From positions 98,394,001-98,458,000 of the forward strand of contig OX597821.1 in assembly GCA_951406725.2 (NCBI GenBank): 64,000 nt of DNA, written 5' to 3'. Source of the stretch: Octopus vulgaris (lineage: Eukaryota). The notes beneath the pieces were generated by a model that saw only the letters and a list, made by a program, of their open reading frames with translations, was not told the origin of the DNA and made no database searches. The stretch's first letter is position 1, and each line of letters begins with the position of its first letter. Shown here one piece after another: positions 53,446 to 64,000 of the stretch. A program made the position numbers and the translations under genes.

Positions 53446-53897
53446 ACAGCAGCAGCAGCAGCGTCAACACAGTTTAAGATATTGTGAAAATAAAGTTTCC
53501 TCATTCCAGCATGGCTAATTACTGTTGCAGCAAGGAAGACCATTCTTATGTACATAATGACAAGCGGAGTTTCTTCAAGACCACCCACTCTTACAATATT
53601 AGCTCTCTCTTTCTATTTCTCTCTCTCTCTCTCTACAAGCAGGTAGACAGATGCGAGGATAAAGCGAATAAAGAAGGGCAGCTGACATACGCATAGGAAA
53701 GAGTACTCAATAGAATGTAATAGAGTTTATTTGTATCAGGGTGGAATTCCGATTCACTACATCGCAACTCGGAGTTTCATACTCCTTGCAACCATTCAGA
53801 AGGAAAAAAAAATTTAAAGATTCATTGCCTGAATGAGCATAGCGAGAAATTAAGGGGCTAGGCACTGAATCAGAATCATTTATCCTAAAATAAACAC

Positions 53898-53931
<34 letters not shown>

Positions 53932-54659
53932 GCACACGCGTGCATATACATAGATATGAGCGCATAGACGCACACTTGGGAGGAAGAAAATAAGGAAAAT
54001 ACATAAAGATAATAACGCTTGAAGGATTTGAATAGCAGTAGGTATACGTAGGAGTAGAGTCATGCGTGGTACCCACTATATGGCAAGTAGCACGACTAGA
54101 GTCGTGAAGTAGAACAGGAAAATAATTAATAAATTATGAAAATATCCGCCTCTCATCTGTTTCTCTACAGCTATATACCAAACTATCTCCCCTCTATCTT
54201 TCTCTTACAGAGAGAGAGAGAGAGAGAGATTGACATTCAATGAGAAGTCCTGGCTATTTAGTTGCCTACGTATCTCTTAGCTATCTGGGAGAGACTGTGA
54301 GAGCCGAGTAGGAAATGGAATGGAATGGTCTATGAAGTAGGGCCCTTCTTCATACCTATTTTAAAACTGTCTGTCGGGTTTTATATTTCGGTGAAAGGAA
54401 GAGATGTTACCTGAACGGAAAGGATGTTAATTTTCCATGCACTTTTACTGGGAAGGGGACTGACATTCAATATTAAGTTAGTGCTTGCAATATTTAATGC
54501 AAGAAGCATTAGAATGCTAATTAGAAATAATTATGGGGAGAAGAAAAAAATATTAGACCATAACTAACATATTTGTGTGTGTGTGTGTGTGTGTGTGTGT
54601 ACACTATAGAGCAGAGTCAAAGACATTTATAGATGTCTAAGTATAGATATCTCTTTCTT

Positions 54660-54847
54660 TCTTATACTTGTTTCAGTCATTTGACTGTGGCCATGCTGGA
54701 GCACCGCCTTTACTCGAGCAATTCGACCCCGGGACTTATTCTTTTGTAAGCCTAGTACTTATTCTGTCGGTCTCTTTTTTCCGAACTGCTAAGTAACGGG
54801 GACATAAACACACCAGCATCGGTTGTCAAGCAATGCTTGGGGGACAA

Positions 54848-54888
<41 letters not shown>

Positions 54889-55050
54889 TACGACACGCTT
54901 CTTTCAGTTTCCGTCTACCAAATCCACTCACAAGGCTTTGGTCGGCCCGAGGCTATAGTAGAAGACACTTGCCCAAGGTGCCATGCAGTGGGGCTGAACC
55001 CGGAACCGTGTGGTTGGTAAACAAGCTACTTACCACACAGCCACTCCCGC
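54660..55050 (-). mobile_element. Family C SINE
   Basis: Full reverse-complement match. Confidence 0.9.
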
Positions 55051-56145
55051 CATATGTACAAGTATTCTTTAATTTTACAAATATCTTAGGTAATAAAGTA
55101 GGAAAACACAATCTAATAGAAAGTTCTCGTGATTTTGCTGCACTTTTACAAATACATTAGAGATGGAGTGTGGTTGGAGAGGACAGCAGTCGAAACAGAA
55201 GAGAGATATATATTCTAAATAACCAGGTGGTTACCATCTTAAACCAAATTTCTGGTGACAACAAATTTAAGAAATTACAAAAGATACAACGTGAAGAATA
55301 AGCTTCACAGGAGTCAAAGTGACGACAGAGTTGGGGGTTGGCTGTTTTGTAGATCTCTCTCCAACCTCGACTCACCCAGAAGAAACAAAAGGTAATATGT
55401 GGAAGGACTAGGATTACAATCATTGGTGGTCAACTTGTTGTCCAGTTTAATGCCACCACCTGGTCCATGGGTGTCTTAAGAGACAGATACCAGTCTGTCA
55501 CAAGCATTCAAGCCAGGTCTCAGGTTTGAGGACACATCATTCCAACTAGTCTCAAAAAAAATATATATATATATTTTTCTTCTTTATGAGATTTAAGGAA
55601 ATATTACACCCATAACTTTTATGCAAGACCTCCAAGACTGTGAGGCAGGAGTAAATGAGTTCCTCTGGCCAAATACCTGGTTCAAATGCTGGTAGCATGA
55701 TGGACTTGCTAAAAGTAGCCAACAGCCCAGTGGTGGGCATTAAACCATGTAAGGGATGAAGTGTACCTCTGAAGAACATATACAGTCCATTTGGCAGGTT
55801 TTCATCAACTCAATTTCATTCATGAATATTTGGATGGCTTGAGGTTATGGTTTAAAAAAAGACAAAAAAAAAAAACTTACTCGAGGTATAACACAAGAAC
55901 CAAAGCTGGAAAAATAACTGCAAAGCTAACTTCTTAGACATACGGTAAATGATGAGGACAACAACAAGGTCATAGTAAAAATTACACACAGAAGGATGAG
56001 TAAAAGCTGATGGCTGCTCACATATCAAAAACCATTAATTCATTTATTGATACACAAAAGCATCGATATAATAGTAATTAACATAACTTACAATATAATT
56101 GACAAGTAAGAAATATATCTGCTCATTTTCATATTACTGGTGATA

Positions 56146-56502
56146 GGTGCAGGAGTGGCTGTGTGGTAAGTAGCTTGTTTACCAACCACATGGTTCTGGG
56201 TTCAGTCCCACTGTGTGGCACTTTGGGCAAGTGTCTTCTACTATAGCCTCGGGCCGACCAAAGCCTTGTGAGTGGATTTGGTAGATGGAAACTGTGTGTG
56301 TGTGTGTATTTGCGTGTCTGTGTTCGTCCTCTCTTGACAAGCGATGCTGGTGTGTTTACGTCCCCGTAACTTAGCAGTTCGGCAAAAGAGACTGATTGAA
56401 TAAGTACTAGGCTTACAAAGAATAAGTCCTGGAGTTGAGTTGCTCAACTATAGGCGGTGCTCCAGCATGGCAGCAGTCAAATGACTGAAACAAGTAAAAG
56501 AG
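56146..56502 (+). mobile_element. Family C SINE
   Basis: Full-length match with small deletions. Confidence 0.9.
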
Positions 56503-56547
56503 AGAAAGAGATATCTATACTTAGACATCTATAAATGTATATATATA

Positions 56548-56934
56548 CTAGCAGTATCGCCCGGCGTTGCTCGGGTTTGTAAGGGAAATAACTATGAAGC
56601 ATTTTTAGAGAGTTATAGCCAAAAAATAGAAAAAAAAAATGGAAAAAAATGATGGTAAATTTTTTTTTCAGTTAAAAAAGGTGGAGTTGCGTCCCCTAGA
56701 CAGTTTGCGGTTTGTGTTTCTGATTCTCGACACCCCATGTCGAATTTATCGATTTTTTTCAGAACTGGGGGAACTTTTCAAAATTTTCGCTGCGTTAGTT
56801 TTGAATTATGACATTGGGCTATGTGTGTGTCAAGTTTCATCAGAATCGGTTGAAAATCGTGGTCAGGGTGAGGGTACAAGCAAACAGACACACAGAAACA
56901 CGCACAGACAAACTGCCGTTTATATATAGAGAGA
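56548..56934 (-). mobile_element. Non-autonomous Helitron
   Basis: CTAGCAGTATCGCCCGGCGTTGCTCGGG is the reverse complement of the 3' end at 42852; minus-strand 5' end TCTCTCTATATATAAACGG. Confidence 0.85.
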
Positions 56935-57460
56935 TTTATATATTGCTGGTTTTTTATGAAACTTTTAAAAATGACAGTCTAGCTCTGATTCCACATGCTT
57001 ATGGCATTACACGAGAAACAATAAATCTATCTGCAGTGGCAGCCATTCAATTTTGACATCAATCCAATGAGATCCCTTGACTTGCTAGAAGCAGCAACCA
57101 AGTCTTCTTCAAATTGCACCCTACCATCTTAAAAGAATAAAAAAATATTGGATAACATGGGCCTAAAGACATTTCAACTGGATAGCCAATGAAAGATTCC
57201 TTTACATGTAAAGGTTCAAACTACAAGTAAATGTAGTTAAATTCCCCTCAGATCACATCACATCTTAAAATAGTGAAGTCATAAGTTGTAAACTTTACTA
57301 GATACTGTTATACTTTGAGAGGGCAATGCAGCCACTTTTATTAATTAGGTAATTAATAAATTAACTAGTTTGTCAATATACTGTTTAGGTCCTGAAAGTT
57401 CATTGCTTCAAAGCCACATTCTCATTGAAATACACTGCCTTTATTTCAATCAATTTTGAC

Positions 57461-57820
57461 ACCATCCGAATGTGGCCGATGCCAGCGCCGCCCCGAATGG
57501 CTTCTGTGCCAGTGGCACATAAAAAGCACCATCCGAACGTGGCCGTTGCCAGTGCCTGCCTTTGCTGGCTTCCGTGCCGGTGGCACGTTAAAAGCTCCAA
57601 CCAATCGTGGCCGATGCCGGACCCCCCCTGGCACCTGTGCAGGTGGCACGTAAAAAGCACCCACTACACTCGCAGAGTGGTTGGCGTTAGGAAGGGCATC
57701 CAGCTGTAGAAACTCTGCCAGATCAGACTAGAGCCTGGTGCAGCCCCTGGCTTCCCAGACCCCGGTCAAACCGTCCAACCAGTGCTAGCGCGGAAAACGG
57801 ACGTTAAACGATGATGATGA
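57461..57820 (+). mobile_element. Family M SINE-like element nested in a degraded MITE-A
   Basis: Internal GTGCC.GTGGCAC units, domain and (GAT)n tail. Confidence 0.85.
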
Positions 57821-59733
57821 ATAAGCTAGTAAAACAAATTTGTCATTATTAAGCTGGAGTTTGTAACTTGACATGAAATTTTAACAGCAAGATTTAGATC
57901 ACTTCAACCTTTTAACATTCAGATTATTCTGTCAAATACAAATGTAATGCTTATTTATTCACATTGTTTTGAATAAATCACGCATTATCTCGTAGTATCA
58001 AGATCTTGATATGATTGTATGTATATTTTTAGAATGACACTGTAAGATATGTGTGAGAGACCAGATCTGGACAGTTTGAACATAATAAAATATTTGGTCC
58101 AAACATGGTGGCTTTAAAAGCTAAAGGGTTAAAATAGGAAGATTTGCATCTCAAAACCAGGGGTGGTCTCAGGCAAGTTCATATCAAAAGAGTTACAAAG
58201 TTTTCCTGTATGGGTTTTTAAGGGACTTCTCTACTTCTATTCTATATGATCACTGACTGCCAGAAATAACCAAACCTCCCTCAAATTACTCTGAAACATC
58301 TTAAGAATAAGAATAATGTGGTTTTAGATTACTATGTCTCAATAAAAGACATGATGGTCATGGCTGGAAGATACACAACAGTGTAAAGGGACAGCTAAAT
58401 ACTGCAATGCATTTTATTTGGAGTCCTAATTCCTACGTAACAATAACATAGCAAACAAGAACAGAAATTCAGGACAAGGGAGACTGCTGATTAAATTTGG
58501 GACAGAACTTGGTACTTTATTTTAATGATCCCAGATGGAAGATAAAAGTTAAAATTTATCTCAGTTAGAATTGAACTTAGAATCTAAATAACCAGAACAA
58601 ATCTCAATTAAATAGACATATGATTGTACAAATCTCAAATAGACATATAATTGAAAATATTCCAACCATGACTATCCAGTCTCCTTTTCAGAAATATCTC
58701 TAACTAGAGTATCTAATGTGTCCACTTTTTTCAGATGGTAGGATGTGACTTAAAGCAATTTGACTGCTATATTTACTAGGTTGAGGGATCATTTAGTGGT
58801 CCCCTTAGGTGTTGGAGTAGGTAGTGACAAAAAGTAGCTTTCTTCCACAAATTATAAGGATAAACAAATTACAAGGGATTAAAAGACAGCCGCTCAGATA
58901 ATGAAGATAACAATAGATAATCTTTGTGAAAGTAAAGGATAGAGTTAAAATAAATAGAAAAGGAAAAGTCAGCTGTTATACAGAACATGTTAATGCTCTA
59001 ACCATATAGATGTATATATAAGCCGCTTCATGTGCAGTCTTAAGAGTGGCTAATAAACAGACTTAATACAGGGGACAATTGGTGTCGTAACAACTTAGCC
59101 CCAGGTTAAACCTGATCAAGTAGATATAAGGCTAAAAGCATTCCAGCTGCAACCATCCAATCTCTAGATGAACTGGCAGATAGAATACCTAATGGAACTC
59201 TGATTCTCTGCACTCTAAGTTCAAACCCCACTAAGGTCAACTCTGCCTTTCGTCTGTTTGTGGTTCACAATAAAGCACCAATACAGGTCAGTGGATTAGT
59301 GGAACTGTAAGAATACCAAACTGGATTTCTTGCAGTGCTTTATGTTCTGAGTTTATATCCTACCATGGCCTATATGAGTGGTAGACTCAATCCACTGTCT
59401 GCTATTTGGATCCTTGGGTGTCTTTAGTGAATTCTTTTTGTTGCAAGGACTCAAGTTAGGCCTAGAATTTGCAGATATCACCATTATCCTGCTTGCCAGT
59501 CACAGAAGCCCTGTAAAGGGTCAGGTACACTGTCTTTCCTTTTGACAAAAGAATGGAAGAAATTTATAATCAAAAGAAGATTATCTAATATGCATTTTTT
59601 TAAAGACAGTATCATTTGGATTGGAGAGGTACTTGGCTGCTGTATTTAGCAAGTTGAATGATCATATAAAGTCATTCTTGTTAGGTAGAGGGGGCAAGTG
59701 TTGATGCAATACAACAGTTAAAATTCAACAAAA

Positions 59734-59964
59734 GGCGGCGAGCTGGCAGAGTCGTTAGCGCGCCGGGTGAAATGCGTAGCCGTATTTCGTCTGCCGTTAC
59801 GTTCTGAGTTCAAATTCCGCCAAGGTCCACTTTGCCTTTCATCCTTTCGGGGTCGATAAATTAAGTACCATTTATGCACTGGAGTCGATGTAATCGACTT
59901 AATCCGTTTGTCTGTCCTTGTTTGTCCTCTCTGTGTTTAGCCCCTTGTGGGCAATAAAGAAATA
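59734..59964 (+). mobile_element. Family D SINE, full length
   Basis: 20-bp TSD ACAACAGTT(A/G)AAATTCAACA at 59711 and 59965. Confidence 0.92.
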
Positions 59965-61485
59965 ACAACAGTTGAAATTCAACAGACTTACCAGCTGTCG
60001 TTAAATGTGTTGTTGCAGGCAGGAGTAAAGTCATTGTTAAAGAGGAGAAGGATGTGAGGGAGGGGGTAAACAGGGAGGAAGGAGAAAAAGAGAGAGAGAG
60101 AAAGAGTGGGCATATTTTTGATTTAATTAACCTTTAGAAGGACAAAAGTCAAAATTTTATCTGGCTGGATTTGAAACCAGAACTCAGAATATAACAAAAT
60201 ACTACAGGTCACTCAATTCCCCTACCACTACCCTTAAAAATTATTACAATGTCTGAAATATGTATGAAAACTAGTACCCAGTTCGTGGTTCTTAAACTCA
60301 ATGAAGTCCAGGGTCAGAGAATGCACCCCAAGAAAGTGAAGTGAAAACAGGGGTGGAAAAAATACTTAAAGGGAGGGAACATGAAATATTATTTTTCCGT
60401 TTTAAAATCTGAAAGAAAAATTATAGTTTTTATTTTAACAAGTTGTAAGTAGCTTTAAAATATGTAAAAATTACTAGTGGAAATGATAAATCTAGTAATT
60501 AGAGCAGAAAAGACTTCTTTTTTTTTTACTCCTGTATCTGGATGGCTATAAACAACTCTGAGAATAGATAAAGATTTGCTTTAAAGAGTAGGAGGAGGAA
60601 AAGCAGATGGTTTGGAGGTCTTGGGGTACTTGCTGCTGTTTTCAAGAAGTAGGTGAGGAGAGGCACAGGTCACAGAAATAGTTGAGAATAATTGTGATAA
60701 GAGATAGTACATACACATATGTTTATTTGGAGAACATAAAATAATTATCAATGACTAAAACAATATTATCATATCCTGTATATGGCTTTCTTGGTAGAGA
60801 ATGGTGAGTTTCAGGTTCTCCTAACTTCTTTGGAAATAAAAAGCAAATTGGTCTTTAAGTTTTTTTCAAGGGCCAGTACATATAACAAGGCATGAAGCAT
60901 AGATTTAAATTCACTGATCAGATGAACTCAGGGAATGTAGAATATACTCTTACGGGCAATTACACTCCCAGACGATCAAGTGAATACTTGGAATACAGAA
61001 TATACTATCTTAGCTAACTACATTCCCAAATGATCAGGTGAATATACTAATACAGGTAACCACATTTCCAGATGATCAGGTGAATATCTTATAACAGGTA
61101 AAGACATTCCCTGATAATCAGATGGATAGAAGAAATAAAGAACAGTGTTCTACCTCAGAAACCTCAGTGTCATCCTCATCATCATTATTCACTGTCCATG
61201 TTCTATGCAGGTATGGATTAGATGGTTTGACAAGATCTGAGAGGTTAAGGACTATATTGTGCTCCAGTATCTGCTTTTGCAGGTTTTCAACAGATGAATG
61301 ACCTTCCTAATGTCAATCACTTTACGTGTGTTGGATGCTTTTTTCGTAGCACCAGCACTAGTGAGGTCACCATGTAACTTACAAGACTAAGATCCTCTTT
61401 GACTGAGTGGAGCTACAGTTGAGAGAGGGGCAGCTGTATGCCAAACAACAGGTTTCTTGTTGTAGAAGACTACATTGTTACTCAC

Positions 61486-61643
61486 TCGTCTGCCGTTACG
61501 TTCTGAGTTCAAATTCCGCCGAGGTCGACTTTGCCTTTCATCCTTTCGGGATTGATAAATTAAGTACCAGTTATGCACTGGAGTCGATATCTGTCCTTGT
61601 TTGTCCCCTCTGTGTTTAGCCCCTTGTGGGTAGTAAAGAAATA
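61486..61643 (+). mobile_element. Family D SINE, truncated with an internal deletion
   Basis: Deu/Nin domain and tail present. Confidence 0.85.
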
Positions 61644-62040
61644 ATTATAGAAGTGTGTGTGAGAGAGAGAGAGAGAGAGAGAGTGGGAGTGAACTAATTA
61701 AAAATAAATGAAGCATATTTGAATTTAAGACTAGTGAACATTCCATTTTTGATTCTGTAAGACTGGGTTATGTAAATACTGTGAATGTGCATTCAGTATG
61801 AATCCTTGTACCATTAGTAGTTGATTACTATTTTAAAGCTAGCAGAGACACTAGCTGAAAGAGAACTGGAAACTTATATAGAAAAGTTTCAGTCATAACC
61901 ATAAAAGTTCCTTTAATGACCGATAATGGTTTTTGCAAAAAATTGAGTTGTACATTCAGCATTATTAAAAGACTTCACAGAAACTGGCTTGTGGGGCTCT
62001 ATTTTGCTTTTTACAATTGGTCACTTGTTAAAGATTCAGC

Positions 62041-62426
62041 TCTTTTACTCTTTTACTTGTTTCAGTCATTTGACTACGGCCATGCTGGAGCACCACCTTT
62101 AGTCAAGCAAATCGACCCTGGGACTTATTCTTTGTAAGCCCAGTACTTATTCTATCAGTCTCTTTTGCCGAACCGCTAAGTGACGGGGACATAAACACAC
62201 CAGCATCGGTTGTCAAGCAATGCTAGGGGGACAAACACAGACACACAAACATATATATACATATATACGACAGACTTTTTCAGTTTCCGTCTACCAAATC
62301 CACTCACAAGGCTTTGGTCAGCCTGAGGCTATAGCAGAAGACACTTGCCCAAGATACCACGCAGTGGGACTGAACCCAGAACCATGTGGTTGGTTAGCAA
62401 GCTACTTACCACACAGCCACTCGCGC
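62041..62426 (-). mobile_element. Family C SINE
   Basis: Full reverse-complement match. Confidence 0.9.
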
Positions 62427-63674
62427 AATTACAAAGAAATTCCCTCGCTAGCTGATATGGCCCCTATTTTCTTTAAAATAGGGATGCATGTTGCAAGAGA
62501 TTTACCAGTCGCAATGAGCATATTCAGTGACAGTAAAAAAAGTTTCCCTTCGTGTGATTAATGTGACCCCAATTTTCTTTGAAATAAGGATGTTTGCAGC
62601 AGGTAAGTTTAGTAAGGTTCAAAGGCAACATGAAAAAAGTTCCCTAGCTGACTCACATGGTCTTTACTATGAAAATAAAAATATTAGTCACCAGAGATCT
62701 GAATGCTACATCTGCCAGCTTGCGTAACTATATAGACACATACTAGGCAGTTCATGTCCCCCTGCTACAACTTCAAAAGAGATTCAAGAAGTGTTAAGGG
62801 TGATCTGGTGGCTCCATAGTCCAAATTAGGTATCTTACCTAAAAATTAATAAATATATATATATACACATATATATAACAGTAGGCAGTTTGTTGGTAGG
62901 GAAGATCTGACTGCTACATTTTATAAATTAAAGAACTATGTAGCCAAACCATTCTTTGATTTAAATGGCCCTACTACCATTTCATAGACAGATGGGGGAA
63001 TTAAGAGGTGGTGGTGACAGATTTAGCTCCCTATATTAGGCAGGTTGAATGAACTACTTAGGAAAGTCCCTCCCCACCCACTAAGTTAGGCTTGATACTA
63101 TTTTACCATTTACTTCAATGAAGCAAGATCTCTTCCCTCACTCAGTGCACAGAAAAAGTGTCAGAATAGAAAGAACTGAATGACAAAACTTCTCTTCTGA
63201 AAAGCATTGAACTTCAACGATAATTTGATAACCATAGGTAACCACCAGAGAATTTAAACACCATACCAGAACTTGTTCTCTTATATCAGAGATAAAACTT
63301 TCCTCAAAATGAATATATTTTCTTCTTTATCTCTCCACCCTCTCTCACATCTGTCCTCTTCAGATCAACAACAGAACATATGCCTTGAGCTACTTACAAA
63401 TAACCTTATATCATGGAAAAGTTCTAGATAACATTCTTCTCCTACACCCAAAAACTTCCGTTGGAGATATCACATCAGTCTCTCTGATACAATTTTTGTA
63501 GTCCTCGTAATAAATGTAGCTCATCCTTACCCACTCCACACTTGACATTCCATCCTCATTGAAGAGCTTTGCTTATTTAACTTTTAAAATTACCCTTACT
63601 ATATCACATTTCAATGCCAATTGATGAAAAGGTTATACACAAATTATACATTATAACAACAAAATGATTTGGCT

Positions 63675-63876
63675 ATTTTATTACCATATTTCTATTGAAA
63701 TAAACTGCTTTTATTTTCGGTTGATTTTTAAAATAACAAGAATCTTGTAAAAAAAAAAGTCATTATTAAACTGGTGCACATGAAATTTTTATGGTTTTAA
63801 CTTAGATCACTTTAAAACAAAAAGTTTGTATTATAGGAGTCAGGGGCAGTCTCAGGTAGAATGAAATCAAAAGGGT
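63675..63876. mobile_element. Degraded MITE-A
   Basis: TTACCATATTTCT...ATCAAAAGGGTT matches the reverse complement of MITE-A; a similar copy lies at ~5565-5765. Confidence 0.6.
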
Positions 63877-64000
63877 TCAATGAGTTAGGATGAAAGATGG
63901 GAGATTTTAATTTTTGAGTTTGAAATTTTAAAAACTGACATTTAAATCTGAAGCAAAATTTGACTGAAAAAAAATTCATAATTAAAAATGTAATACTTCT

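Noticed and set aside
63170-63620. Faint similarity to the region between Penelope RT and GIY-YIG
   Set aside because: Too degraded to support without an alignment

Overview
AT-rich, repeat-dense eukaryotic (metazoan) DNA with no long intact ORF. The repeat content suggests an octopod cephalopod (Octopus-like); this is inferred from recognition, not from a search. It includes four tRNA-type SINE or SINE-like families, (TA)n/(TG)n/(GA)n microsatellites, TTAA-flanked piggyBac-type MITEs, non-autonomous Helitrons and decayed RTE, CR1/L2, Tc1, mariner, Sola2-like and hAT fragments. Most of the window is probably intronic or upstream sequence of a minus-strand host gene. That gene has a candidate first coding exon in a CpG-rich patch at 51480-51638 and a weaker alternative first exon at 7097-7225. 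Almost all ORFs in the track are microsatellite or SINE artefacts. The most notable item is a ~475-bp non-coding element at 18359-18833. It has ~115-bp direct repeats 359 bp apart, and its minus strand carries a type I hammerhead ribozyme on a long base-paired rod, consistent with a retrozyme or Penelope pLTR-like self-cleaving retroelement. Other oddities are two inverted SINEs sharing an identical 36-bp unique flank, an in-frame RTE-mariner fusion, and several palindromes or templated duplications. Repeat boundaries were read by eye and may be off by a few bases.
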